DNA of 64,000 nt from Candidatus Wildermuthbacteria bacterium RIFOXYD1_FULL_50_12. GTDB taxonomy: Bacteria; Patescibacteriota; Minisyncoccia; Minisyncoccales; UBA10102. The notes below the pieces were generated by a model that saw only the letters and a program-made list of their open reading frames with translations, ran no database searches and was not told the DNA's origin. The stretch covers positions 155,476 through 219,475 of the forward strand of contig MHUO01000004.1 in assembly GCA_001825035.1 (NCBI GenBank), given 5' to 3'. This document shows positions 29,584 to 39,057 of this stretch, one piece after another (within the stretch, counting starts at the first letter, position 1; every line of letters begins with the position of its first letter). Made by a program: the position numbers and the translations under genes.

Positions 29584-31458
29584 ATGAATCTTGGAAAATT
29601 CCAGAGGAAATTGCTTGAGCGCACGCGGAGAAGGCGTCTTGCGTTTTTTTTGACTATAGATATTGGTTCAATAATTGTGGCGGTAGTGCTGGCATTTCTC
29701 TTACGTTTTGAGGGCACAATCCCTTCACAGTATTTTCAAGGAGGATTGCAGGCGGCAATTGTTTTGGTGCTTATCTCTGTTGTCCCAGTGTTGCTTCTAT
29801 CTCGGCTGTATTCTTTTACATGGGCTTACGTGAGCTTGGAGGATTTGCTGCTTTTGGGGCGAGCTTTGGCTTTAAGCGCCCTCATTACGGGAGCTCTCTT
29901 TGTGCTTCTGCGTAGCCAGGAATTTTTCCTCGGATTTCCGCGATCCGTACTGCTCATCACTTACGTGCTTTTGTTTTTGTTTATGGCTGGATTGCGTTTA
30001 TCCAAACGCGCGTATCTCCAATGGAGCGCCGCCAGAAAGCAGGGGATAGGCAAGGAGCGAACGCTTATTGTGGGTGCGCGCGACGAAGGTGAGGAGATTC
30101 TGCGCAGTATGCTGCAGTCGCAAAAAAGTGCGTACGTTCCCCTTGGGTTTGTGGACACGCATCTCTCGCGGGTGGGAGCTACCATACACGGCGTGCGAAT
30201 ATTGGGAACTGTGGACGACCTTGTCAGAATCATTCCCGAGTACGGCGTGCAAACGCTCGTTATCGCGCTCCCCGAGCATGCCTCAGCTGATATACGCAAA
30301 GCGGTGGAATTGGGCAGGAAGGCAGGCCTGCAGAACATTCAGATTGTGCCCCCGCTTTCAGAATTGATAGGAGGTCAAATTTCCATACGAGAACTTCGTG
30401 GGGTGCAGGTGGAAGACCTTATGGGCAGAGAACAAGTTTCTTTGGATGCGCAGACGATTAAGCAATTTGTTGCAGATAAAAAAATACTGGTAACCGGAGC
30501 CGCGGGCTCCATTGGAGCCGAGCTCTGCCGCCAGATAGCAAGATTCTCGCCCGCCTCTTTGATTCTAGTAGATCAAGATGAAACCGGCATGTTTTGGATT
30601 GCGCGGGAACTGCGCGCCAGGTTTCCCCAGGCGCCTTTGGAGTCCTTTGTCGCAGATATTACAGACGAACAAAAAATGCGCTCCATACTTTCTCGGTATA
30701 AGCCAGAGATTATTTTTCATGCGGCAGCGTATAAGCACGTGCCCTTGATGGAAGAACAGGTAGACGAAGCCGTAAAGAACAACGTGTTTGGCGCGTTTGC
30801 GATAGCTTCTCTCGCCGTGGAACAAGGAACAGAAAAGTTTGTGTTCATTTCAACAGATAAAGCAGTGAATCCAAAGTCGGTAATGGGAGCTACGAAGCGC
30901 TTGGGCGAGATGATTTGCCAGATGCTGAACGGGAAAGACCATACCAAGTTCGTGTCGGTGAGATTCGGAAACGTGTTAGATAGTAGGGGAAGCGTTATCC
31001 CGATTTTCCGCGAGCAGATTAGGCGCGGAGGTCCTGTAACCGTAACGCATCCCGACATGCGGAGGTATTTTATGAGTACGCCTGAAGCATGCTTGTTGGT
31101 GCTCCAAGCCGCTGCCATAGGAGAGGGGGGGGAAGTGTTTGTGCTGGATATGGGTAAACCCGTGAAGATTCTTGACCTGGCAAAAGAAATGATACGACTC
31201 TCAGGATACGAGCCCGATAAAGACATTCCCATTGTGTTCACCGGCCCAAGGCCGGGAGAGAAATTTTTTGAAGATGTGCTTTCAGCAGAAGAGGGTACCG
31301 AAGCCACGAAACACGAGAAAATTTTTGTTGCAAAACTCTCGTCCGTAGAGGAACAGAAACTCCGTGAAGGATTGGAGCTGTTGCGAGAAAAAGTGTCTGT
31401 TGACGACAGGGAGGCGATTCTGCTTGCTCTCAAATCCATCGTGCCGAATTACGATTGA
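29584..31458 (+). CDS. Membrane-bound UDP-GlcNAc 4,6-dehydratase (PglF/CapD/WbpM)
   Basis: 4 N-terminal TMs; TGAAGSIG, FHAAAYKHVP, ISTDKAV, RFGNVL.SRGSV. Confidence 0.92.
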   Translation: MNLGKFQRKLLERTRRRRLAFFLTIDIGSIIVAVVLAFLLRFEGTIPSQYFQGGLQAAIVLVLISVVPVLLLSRLYSFTWAYVSLEDLLLLGRALALSALITGALFVLLRSQEFFLGFPRSVLLITYVLLFLFMAGLRLSKRAYLQWSAARKQGIGKERTLIVGARDEGEEILRSMLQSQKSAYVPLGFVDTHLSRVGATIHGVRILGTVDDLVRIIPEYGVQTLVIALPEHASADIRKAVELGRKAGLQNIQIVPPLSELIGGQISIRELRGVQVEDLMGREQVSLDAQTIKQFVADKKILVTGAAGSIGAELCRQIARFSPASLILVDQDETGMFWIARELRARFPQAPLESFVADITDEQKMRSILSRYKPEIIFHAAAYKHVPLMEEQVDEAVKNNVFGAFAIASLAVEQGTEKFVFISTDKAVNPKSVMGATKRLGEMICQMLNGKDHTKFVSVRFGNVLDSRGSVIPIFREQIRRGGPVTVTHPDMRRYFMSTPEACLLVLQAAAIGEGGEVFVLDMGKPVKILDLAKEMIRLSGYEPDKDIPIVFTGPRPGEKFFEDVLSAEEGTEATKHEKIFVAKLSSVEEQKLREGLELLREKVSVDDREAILLALKSIVPNYD

Positions 31459-31483
31459 CATAAACCTTGTTTTGTGATAGAAT
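31455..31483 (+). promoter_or_regulatory. Sigma70 promoter TTGACA-17-TAGAAT, 7 nt before ATG
   Basis: Direct sequence match. Confidence 0.75.
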
Positions 31484-31490
31484 ATTTATC

Positions 31491-32741
31491 ATGAAACGCG
31501 TTGTTTTTGGATTTACATTTCTTTTGATTTTAACGCTTGCCATTGGAGCTGCGCCTGTTTTTGCGCAGGGTCAAGAGGCGAGTGAACAGGAGCGTATTCA
31601 AGAGCTCCAAGCCGTTGTGCTTCAACTGTTTAAACTTGTGGCAGAGTTGCAGCAGCAGATTTTCAATATACAAGCAGCGCGTATATCTGGCGTCCCCGCA
31701 GTAGCTACATCTATTTTGAGTTGCGGGCAGGCAGAAGTAACATGGGAAAAGGTTTCGGGGGCGACCGGATATGTGCTATATCGCAATGATAGCGAAGTGT
31801 ACGACGGAAAAGATCTCAAGTTTTTGGATACAGGACTGATGCCAGGCGCTATGTATGCCTATACCGTACGCGCGAGAAACGCGGGCGGCCTCAGTGCGGC
31901 CTCTCCGGTACAAACAATTACCGTTCCTTCAGAGTGCCCGCCTTCCCCGCCCATTGTGTGGGCGCAGGCAGGAGTGTGCGGCGGAACCGTGCAGGTTTCG
32001 TGGAGCAGGCCAGTGGGAGCTGTGTTCTACGAGGTGTATCGGGGGAGCAAGCTGGTATTTAGCGGAAGCACGTTTTCTTTCCTCGATGGGGGATTGAGCG
32101 TTGGCAAAACCTACACCTACAAAGTGCGCGCCGGGAACGCGGGCGGATGGGGAGCGTTTTCAAAAGAGGTAAGCGCCACCTCTTCTGTCGTGTGCCCGCC
32201 TTTGGCTCCCGAAGCCCCAGAAGTGGGAAGCCCGCTTTTGCAGGATACTGCAAGCGAAGGAATTCTGAAGCTTACCATTCAAGGCAGTCCGTCGGGTGCC
32301 ACAGCAAAGTCAGGAGAAGCTGGCGTAAACGTGTTGAGTTTCCGGGTAAGCTCCGTGCTTTCTTCCATGGTGGTGGAGCGCGTGGATGTTGAGTTTACGG
32401 ACCGACCGTGGCTCTTTCTCTCTGACGTGGAACTTCGCGACGGCTCCAAGACCATTGCGCGCATGCAAGTCTCCGAGAATTCGTTTGCGCGTACGGATAC
32501 AGACAGGTATCGTTTGAGCTTTACCGGATTATCGGTGCAGGTTTCAAAAGGAGGAAGCAAAACATTAACGGTGCGCGTTGTGGCAAAAGAAGATTTGCTT
32601 TTGGCAGAGCCACGGGCGCTTACCGTTGCAATACCCGAAAACAGTGTGCGAACAAGAGATCAAATTGGCGTGGTTCACACCGGCCCCGTTGCAGAGCAGG
32701 CAAACTCCTTTGCAAAGACCTTTTTCGTGAAGAAAAAGTAG
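31491..32741 (+). CDS. Secreted protein with coiled coil, two fibronectin type III domains and an Ig-like C-terminus
   Basis: Signal peptide ending VFA; two repeats CG...W..V.GA..Y..YR...Y.Y.VRA.NAGG. Confidence 0.75.
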   Translation: MKRVVFGFTFLLILTLAIGAAPVFAQGQEASEQERIQELQAVVLQLFKLVAELQQQIFNIQAARISGVPAVATSILSCGQAEVTWEKVSGATGYVLYRNDSEVYDGKDLKFLDTGLMPGAMYAYTVRARNAGGLSAASPVQTITVPSECPPSPPIVWAQAGVCGGTVQVSWSRPVGAVFYEVYRGSKLVFSGSTFSFLDGGLSVGKTYTYKVRAGNAGGWGAFSKEVSATSSVVCPPLAPEAPEVGSPLLQDTASEGILKLTIQGSPSGATAKSGEAGVNVLSFRVSSVLSSMVVERVDVEFTDRPWLFLSDVELRDGSKTIARMQVSENSFARTDTDRYRLSFTGLSVQVSKGGSKTLTVRVVAKEDLLLAEPRALTVAIPENSVRTRDQIGVVHTGPVAEQANSFAKTFFVKKK

Positions 32742-32759
32742 GGCTGAGAGTCGTGGGGG

Positions 32760-32787
32760 TTGACAATTTCTTTGGTAGGAGTATAAT
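32760..32787 (+). promoter_or_regulatory. Consensus promoter TTGACA-16-TATAAT
   Basis: Perfect hexamers upstream of a structured non-coding segment. Confidence 0.7.
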
Positions 32788-32792
32788 GTTGA

Positions 32793-32917
32793 AATGAGTT
32801 CAGCGCAGTTTTACTGCCTGATCCCGTGAAACGGCAAAAGACCTCCCCTAGGCGAGGCCTTTTGCTTTTTATAAAGATATTGCTATGATGAAACTGAAAC
32901 CGGGGGCTGAACTCATT
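32793..32917 (+). ncRNA. Putative 6S-like rod-shaped ncRNA
   Basis: Closing stem 32793-32804/32906-32917, inner stems 32806-13/32889-96 and 32834-40/32859-65, central bubble, strong promoter. Confidence 0.5.
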
Positions 32918-32975
32918 AAGTTTCACAACAGGGGTTACCGCCCCGGTTTCATTTTGAGTATAATAGAGCAATGAC

Positions 32976-33926
32976 ATGGGAGAATTTGAGACATTAAAAC
33001 AGCAGTTTCCGCGAGTGCGGCGAGGTGTGCCGCTCAAAAAGCATACGACGTTTCGCATTGGGGGGGCTGCCAAATATTTTTTTGCTGCGCGTACGAGCGA
33101 CGAGCTCGAAAGCGCGGTACGGACCGCAAAGGAGTTGGAACTGCCTTTTTTCCTGTTGTCTGGAGGCAGCAATGTTTTAGTTTCTGACAATGGTTTTCCT
33201 GGCCTCGTGATACAAATTAAAAATTCAAAATTCAAAATTGAAAATTCTGCTGTGCGGGCTGAGGCAGGAGTGCAGATGGCGACGCTCGTGAAAGAAACAG
33301 GAAAGCGGGGATTGCAGGGATTGGAATGGGCGGGCGGATTGCCTGGCACTTTGGGAGGAGCTGTGCGGGGGAACGCGGGTGCTTTTGGAGGCGAGATAAA
33401 GGACTCTGTTTTGCGAGTGGAAGCGATTGATCAGAAAGGGAAACGCAGAATGTTTTCAAAAAAGCAGTGCAAATTTTCGTATCGTTCCTCCATTTTTAAA
33501 GAAAGGGGATATATTGTATTGTCAGCGACCTTGCAGTTAAAGAAGGGCGACAAGAAAAACATTCAGACAATTGCGAAAAAGCATATCCAGTACCGAAAGG
33601 AGAAGCATCCCTTAGAATATCCGAGCGCGGGAAGCATTTTTAAGAATTGCGATCTCGCGAAAACTCCAAAAAAAATGCAGGAGCACTTCAAAGACGTAAT
33701 TAAGATGGATCCTTTCCCCGTAATTCCCACTGCAGTAATAATCGCGCGCGCGAATTTGCCCGGATTGCGCTGCGGCGGTGCGCAAGTTTCAGAAAAACAT
33801 CCAAATTACATTGTGAATCGCGGAGACGCGCGCGCAAAAGACGTGTTGGAACTCATTGCGAAGGTAAAGCGCGAGATAAAAAACAAATTTGGAGTTGATT
33901 TGGAAGAAGAAATCACGATTTTATAG
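32976..33926 (+). CDS. murB: UDP-N-acetylenolpyruvoylglucosamine reductase
   Basis: HTTFRIGG, GGSNVL, GLPGTLGGAVRGNAGAFG, SAGSIFKN, VSEKHPN. Confidence 0.95.
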   Translation: MGEFETLKQQFPRVRRGVPLKKHTTFRIGGAAKYFFAARTSDELESAVRTAKELELPFFLLSGGSNVLVSDNGFPGLVIQIKNSKFKIENSAVRAEAGVQMATLVKETGKRGLQGLEWAGGLPGTLGGAVRGNAGAFGGEIKDSVLRVEAIDQKGKRRMFSKKQCKFSYRSSIFKERGYIVLSATLQLKKGDKKNIQTIAKKHIQYRKEKHPLEYPSAGSIFKNCDLAKTPKKMQEHFKDVIKMDPFPVIPTAVIIARANLPGLRCGGAQVSEKHPNYIVNRGDARAKDVLELIAKVKREIKNKFGVDLEEEITIL

Positions 33927-34014
33927 TTTTCCCCATTGACACGGGTTTTTGCAAATGAAAAAATAAAGGAAGAGAAGGTCGATGCGATACAAACGTTGCA
34001 TATTGCAAAAACCA

Positions 34015-34110
34015 ATGCCAGCAAGAAAAAGAAAGAGAGCTTCTGCGAAAGGAAAGAGTCGTAAGAGAACGACGAAGAAGAAGACGACCCGACGCAGAAG
34101 GAGAAGATAA
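34015..34110 (+). CDS. 31-aa extremely basic small protein (protamine/histone-tail-like)
   Basis: MPARKRKRASAKGKSRKRTTKKKTTRRRRRR*; TTGACA at 33936 upstream and a terminator downstream; below the ORF-track cutoff. Confidence 0.6.
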   Translation: MPARKRKRASAKGKSRKRTTKKKTTRRRRRR

Positions 34111-34125
34111 TTCTCTTTCCGAATC

Positions 34126-34160
34126 CCGCCCCGACGTTATGTCGGGGCGGATTTGTTTTT
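34126..34160 (+). terminator. Intrinsic terminator
   Basis: ccgccccgac-gttat-gtcggggcgg 10-bp stem followed by a T-rich tail. Confidence 0.75.
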
Positions 34161-34191
34161 GCGCGAAAACGTGGTATACTCAAACCTTACA

Positions 34192-36729
34192 ATGGCGCTC
34201 TTGGGCAACATCTTTAAAAAATCGCAGGATTCCTTTCTGAAGGAAGCACAGGAAATTGTTTTGCGTATAAACGTGCTGGAGTCGGAATTTGAGAAACTCA
34301 GTTCAGAAGCGCTCAAAGCAAAAACGCAAGAACTCAAAGAAAAACTTGAAGCAGGGGCTTCTCTTGCTGACTTGCTTCCCGTTGCATTTGCACTCATTCG
34401 CGAATCCTCAAAACGCACGCTCGGCCAGCGGCATTTTGACGTGCAGCTGGTGGGAGGCATAGTGCTCCACGCAGGCAAGATCGCGGAAATGAAAACGGGC
34501 GAAGGGAAAACGCTCGTTGCCACCTTGCCTGCGTACCTCAACGCGCTGGAAGAGAAAGGAGTACACGTGGTTACGGTAAACGATTATTTGGCAAAGCGTG
34601 ACGCCGTGTGGATGGGACAGATTTATTATACGCTCGGAATGAGCGTGGGGTGCATTGTGCACGACGCTTCCTATATATACGATCCCGCATTCGCGCAAGA
34701 AAACGCAGAGAGAGATGAGGCGCGCGACACTCTCGGTAGTTTTCGAGTTGAAGACACATATCTGCGGCCCGTGTCGCGCAAGGAAGCATACGCGGCAGAC
34801 ATTACCTATGGCACGAACAATGAGTTCGGATTTGATTTTCTGCGCGACAACATGGTGTACGATTTGAGTCAGCAGACGCAGCCCCGCCTGCGCGGGCAGG
34901 GAGGACATCACTTTGCCATTATCGACGAGGTAGATTCCATTTTGATTGACGAGGCAAGAACTCCCTTGATTATTTCAGCTCCCGACGAAGAGAGTTCTTC
35001 TTGGTACAGGGATTTTGCGAAAATAACGCCCCAGCTCAAAAAGGATACGGACTACGAAGTAGATGAAAAGCTGAAAGCCGTAACTATTACGGACGCTGGC
35101 ATCAATAAAGTGGAAGGGCTTTTGGGTGTGCAGAATATTTATGAAGAACGGGGAATGAAATATGTTCGCCATTTGGAGAACGCCCTGCGCGCGCAAGCAT
35201 TGTTTCAGAGAGATCGAGATTATGTGGTGCGCCAAGGCCAGGTGGTAATTATTGATGAATTCACGGGCCGCTTGCTTCCCGGGCGCCGGTATTCAGCTGG
35301 ATTGCATCAGGCACTGGAAGCGAAAGAAGGAGTTCAGGTACAGCCAGAGTCGCTCACGTTGGCCTCTGTGACGTTTCAGAATTATTTTAGAATGTACAAA
35401 AAACTTGCGGGGATGACCGGAACTGCTTTTACGTCAGAAGAAGAGTTTTATAGTGTGTATGGTTTGGAAGTGAAGGTGGTTCCCACGAATAAACCCATGA
35501 TCAGGCAGGATTTGTCAGATCGCATTTACCGGACAGAACAGGGAAAATTTCGCGCCGTGGTCCGGGAAATTAAAGCGCGGCACGAAAAGGGCCAGCCCCT
35601 GCTTGTGGGCACCGTGTCTATACAGAAAAACGAGTATCTCGGCAAATTGCTCCAAACAGAAGGAATTCCCCATAACATTCTCAACGCAAAACACCATGAA
35701 CAGGAAGCGCAGATTATTGCGCAAGCCGGGCGTTTGGGAGCTGTAACCGTGGCAACCAATATGGCTGGTCGCGGTGTGGATATTGTCTTGGGCGGGAATC
35801 CGCCAAGCGAGGAGGAGGCGACAAAAGTGAAAGAAATGGGTGGCCTGCATGTAATTGGCACCGAACGCCACGAAGCTCGGAGAATAGACAACCAGCTGAG
35901 GGGGCGGGCAGGCAGACAAGGGGATCCTGGCTCCACGCAATTCTTTGTTTCCATGGAAGACGATTTGATGCGTATTTTCGGGGGAGAGCGCATCAAAGGG
36001 TTGATGGAAAAACTCCGTATGCCAGAAGACGAGTCTATTGAGAATAGAATACTTTCGAACGCGCTTGAGTCGGCGCAGTCCAAAATTGAGGGTTTTCATT
36101 TTGACGCGAGAAAGCACGTATTGCAGTATGATGATGTGTTAAACAAGCACCGAGACGCTTTGTATCGCCAACGCCGCGAAATTTTAGAGAAAGCAGAAAA
36201 GGGAGAGCTGAGAGAATATATAATACATATGGCAGGGGAGCACGGTGTCTCTAAAGACGATTACGAGAAGAAAGAGCGGGAGTTGGGCGAGGAAAATATG
36301 CGGCAAGCGGAAAAAATTGTCGCCTTGCGCGCCATTGACTCTTTGTGGGTGGGGCATTTGGAAGAAATGGAACATTTGCGAGATTCTGTGCGTTTACGCG
36401 CCTATGGTCAGCGCGATCCCTTGGTGGAATATAAGACCGAAGGACATCGTATGTTCCAGCAGTTGTTGAGCGCCGTGGAGGAAACCATTGCAAAAACTCT
36501 TATGCAGGTGCAGCTTGCGCCCCAAGCAACCCCTCCCATTCAGCAAAATGTGAGTTATTCCAGCCCGGCGAATATGTCTGCTTCAGCTGTGGGTGCGGCC
36601 GCCTCCGTCCGCCCCGGGCGGACTTCGGCGGCTCAAAAGGTGGGGCGTAACAACCCCTGCCCCTGCGGAGCGACCCATCCCGATGGTCGTCCAATGAAGT
36701 ACAAGCATTGCCATGGGAAGAATCCTTGA
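34192..36729 (+). CDS. secA: Preprotein translocase subunit SecA
   Basis: MKTGEGKT, DEVD, ATNMAGRG, RRIDNQLRGRAGRQGDPG, C-terminal SEC-C (CPCG...KYKHCHG). Confidence 0.97.
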   Translation: MALLGNIFKKSQDSFLKEAQEIVLRINVLESEFEKLSSEALKAKTQELKEKLEAGASLADLLPVAFALIRESSKRTLGQRHFDVQLVGGIVLHAGKIAEMKTGEGKTLVATLPAYLNALEEKGVHVVTVNDYLAKRDAVWMGQIYYTLGMSVGCIVHDASYIYDPAFAQENAERDEARDTLGSFRVEDTYLRPVSRKEAYAADITYGTNNEFGFDFLRDNMVYDLSQQTQPRLRGQGGHHFAIIDEVDSILIDEARTPLIISAPDEESSSWYRDFAKITPQLKKDTDYEVDEKLKAVTITDAGINKVEGLLGVQNIYEERGMKYVRHLENALRAQALFQRDRDYVVRQGQVVIIDEFTGRLLPGRRYSAGLHQALEAKEGVQVQPESLTLASVTFQNYFRMYKKLAGMTGTAFTSEEEFYSVYGLEVKVVPTNKPMIRQDLSDRIYRTEQGKFRAVVREIKARHEKGQPLLVGTVSIQKNEYLGKLLQTEGIPHNILNAKHHEQEAQIIAQAGRLGAVTVATNMAGRGVDIVLGGNPPSEEEATKVKEMGGLHVIGTERHEARRIDNQLRGRAGRQGDPGSTQFFVSMEDDLMRIFGGERIKGLMEKLRMPEDESIENRILSNALESAQSKIEGFHFDARKHVLQYDDVLNKHRDALYRQRREILEKAEKGELREYIIHMAGEHGVSKDDYEKKERELGEENMRQAEKIVALRAIDSLWVGHLEEMEHLRDSVRLRAYGQRDPLVEYKTEGHRMFQQLLSAVEETIAKTLMQVQLAPQATPPIQQNVSYSSPANMSASAVGAAASVRPGRTSAAQKVGRNNPCPCGATHPDGRPMKYKHCHGKNP

Positions 36730-36750
36730 GAATCTTCCAAACGAAGCGGA

Positions 36751-36777
36751 GTCCGCCGTAGCCTTGGCGAAGGCGGG
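36751..36777. repeat. REP-like palindrome gtccgccgtagccttggcgaaggcggg
   Basis: ccgcc...ggcgg imperfect hairpin between the secA stop and the first SEC-C relic. Confidence 0.6.
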
Positions 36778-36821
36778 CGGCTCTGGCAAAAAATATAAAA
36801 GATGTCATGGGGCGTAAGAGA

Positions 36822-37334
36822 ATGAATATTATTGAAGAATTCAAAAAAGTAAGAGATATCCCGTACCGAATTCCGTTGTCTCCGCAAGAACCCGATAATT
36901 GTTGCTCTGGAAAATCGGAGCGATTGTTTAAGATATTCGAGGAAGTCGGTTATGAGGTGCGGTATATAGTTTGCACTTTTCACTGGAGCGATATGAGGTT
37001 ACCAGCAAAGGTGCAAGAAATTGCCCACGAAGATAAATGTACGCACAGCTATCTTGAAGTAAAGATAGGAGATGAATGGATAAAAGTTGACGCGACGTGG
37101 GACAAAGAGTTAAAAAGCGTGTTTAATGTTAATGATTGGAATGGCAAATCGCACACAAAAGTGGCAGTTCCAGTAAAAGAATGCTTCTCGTCGGAAGAAA
37201 GCGCGGAGATTATGCAGAAAGGCACAACAGAAGAAGCCACAAAGGAAGACCGGCAGAAAAATGGAGAATTCTATAAAGCATTCAACGATTGGTTAGCAGA
37301 AATTAGAATAAAATCCCTGCGGGGTAGTGAATAA
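36822..37334 (+). CDS. Transglutaminase-like cysteine protease-fold protein
   Basis: NCCSGK...HSY...WIKVDATWD candidate Cys-His-Asp triad; alternative start at 36807. Confidence 0.65.
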   Translation: MNIIEEFKKVRDIPYRIPLSPQEPDNCCSGKSERLFKIFEEVGYEVRYIVCTFHWSDMRLPAKVQEIAHEDKCTHSYLEVKIGDEWIKVDATWDKELKSVFNVNDWNGKSHTKVAVPVKECFSSEESAEIMQKGTTEEATKEDRQKNGEFYKAFNDWLAEIRIKSLRGSE

Positions 37335-37416
37335 AGCGTAAAAGTGCCATGGGGCGTGAATGTGCCAACCGGCTGGCGCATTTGGAAAAGGATAAGAAGT
37401 GCCGTGGGAAGTAAGT

Positions 37417-38118
37417 ATGGTAGTTGAACCAAAATTTTATCAAAACTGGGAGGATGACAGTCACTGCCTTCAATCGTCCGTGATGATAGTTTTGAATACA
37501 TTAAACAGAAAGGTAACATGGGATGAGGTAAATAAAATGACAGATTATGAAGACGGCTTATACTCTTGGGTGCCGCGCGCTGTTGTTGCGCTTGCAGAAC
37601 GAATTCCTGGGACGAGGCATATTAGTGTAATGGACTATGGAAAATTCGCGGAAAAAGGTGAGGAATATCTAAAAGAGTTTATGCCTGGAGAGTGGTTTGA
37701 GGATCAAAAAAGAAATGCTTCTGTTGGATTCCAGAAAGAGCAGAAGGCAGCACAAGACCTCATTCAGAAGAACCTTCTTGAGCAAAAAGTAAGATTTACA
37801 AAAGAGGACTTCGAGAGTTTACTTGATAAACATTTGTTGATAGCGCTTGTTAATGGGAAAAAATTAGCTCAACTTGAGGGTAACGTGGGACATTTTGTTG
37901 TAGTTTATGGGCAAGATGAGGAAAACTTTATTATTCATGATCCTGGATTGCCAGCACGAGAAGCCTGGAAAGCCCAAAAGGATTTATTTTTACACGCATT
38001 TCAGGGAGAATTGATTCTCGTACCTAAAGGTGATGTACCGATTGGAGTAGAAGTCAGCCGCAACGATCCCTGCCTCTGCGGAAGCGGCAAAAAATATAAG
38101 AAGTGTCATGGGAAATAA
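37417..38118 (+). CDS. C39 peptidase-like protein with C-terminal SEC-C motif
   Basis: Q....HC, GHFVVVYG.D....IHDPG; ends SRNDPCLCGSGKKYKKCHGK. Confidence 0.75.
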   Translation: MVVEPKFYQNWEDDSHCLQSSVMIVLNTLNRKVTWDEVNKMTDYEDGLYSWVPRAVVALAERIPGTRHISVMDYGKFAEKGEEYLKEFMPGEWFEDQKRNASVGFQKEQKAAQDLIQKNLLEQKVRFTKEDFESLLDKHLLIALVNGKKLAQLEGNVGHFVVVYGQDEENFIIHDPGLPAREAWKAQKDLFLHAFQGELILVPKGDVPIGVEVSRNDPCLCGSGKKYKKCHGK

Positions 38119-38470
38119 AACCATGGAAGGAGCATCTTTACAAGCAATTGAGGATTATTATTACCGACACGGTTTGAGAGGTAGTAAACTTAGAAAAGCG
38201 ACCGAAAACGATCAGGAGTATATGACGATTCTTAAAGATCGCTGGGCAAAACTGACTAAAAAATTTCCAGTTAAATCACGGGACAGAAAAAGGTATATTT
38301 TATCTACCGATCAAGATTATCAAATTTTAGATAAGATATATAAGCTTGAACGTAAGAAACTGTCAGACAAAGATAAGGCCCTGGTAAAGTTAGTAAGAAC
38401 TCAGCTTGAGCATCACTGGAGAGCACCGATTATAAAATTTCTAAATCAACTACTTAAGAAATACCGTTAA
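38108..38470 (+). CDS. Hypothetical basic helical protein
   Basis: 120-aa ORF in the operon-like array; alternative start 38123. Confidence 0.6.
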   Translation: MGNKTMEGASLQAIEDYYYRHGLRGSKLRKATENDQEYMTILKDRWAKLTKKFPVKSRDRKRYILSTDQDYQILDKIYKLERKKLSDKDKALVKLVRTQLEHHWRAPIIKFLNQLLKKYR

Positions 38471-38504
38471 TCCCTGTGGATGTAGAGATAAGATCAAGTA
38501 GATC

Positions 38505-39044
38505 ATGATTTATTTCATTACCGGCAACAAGAATAAACTCGAAGAGGTGAAAGCGGTATTGCCCGAAGTAGAACAATTAGATATTGACTTGCTTGAAATT
38601 CAAGAGATTGATTCAAAGGAAATCATAAAGAAGAAGTTGTCAGAAGCGTTCAATCGCGCCGAAGGAGAGTTTATTGTAGAGGATACATCTTTGCACCTGA
38701 ATTGTTTAAAAGGATTGCCAGGACCATTGGTAAAATGGTTTTTGAAAACGATCGGAAATGATGGTTTGGCTGGAATTGCTGAAAAATTAGGAAGCAGCAG
38801 GGCCGAAGCAAAAACGATTATTGGGTACGCGAAAAATCATGAAGAAATCTATTTTTTCGAGGGTGTAATAAAAGGGCAAATAGTAAAACCGCGGGGAGAA
38901 TCAGATTTCGGCTGGGATCCGATATTTTTACCAGATGGTCATGAAAAGACATTTGCTGAAATGGGCAGAGAAGAAAAGAATAAAATCAGCATGAGGAGGG
39001 AGGCACTAAATAAGCTAAGTGAATTCTTGCGGGCGCAGGAATAA
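38505..39044 (+). CDS. Non-canonical purine NTP pyrophosphatase (HAM1/ITPase)
   Basis: [35 protein letters not shown]. Confidence 0.92.
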   Translation: MIYFITGNKNKLEEVKAVLPEVEQLDIDLLEIQEIDSKEIIKKKLSEAFNRAEGEFIVEDTSLHLNCLKGLPGPLVKWFLKTIGNDGLAGIAEKLGSSRAEAKTIIGYAKNHEEIYFFEGVIKGQIVKPRGESDFGWDPIFLPDGHEKTFAEMGREEKNKISMRREALNKLSEFLRAQE

Positions 39045-39057
39045 AAACAAAAAGGCC

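Noticed and set aside
31125-31132. G8 in the PglF/CapD gene (and G7 in murB) as phase-variation tracts
   Set aside because: They encode conserved Gly-Gly motifs (GGEVF, IGG), so they are probably incidental.
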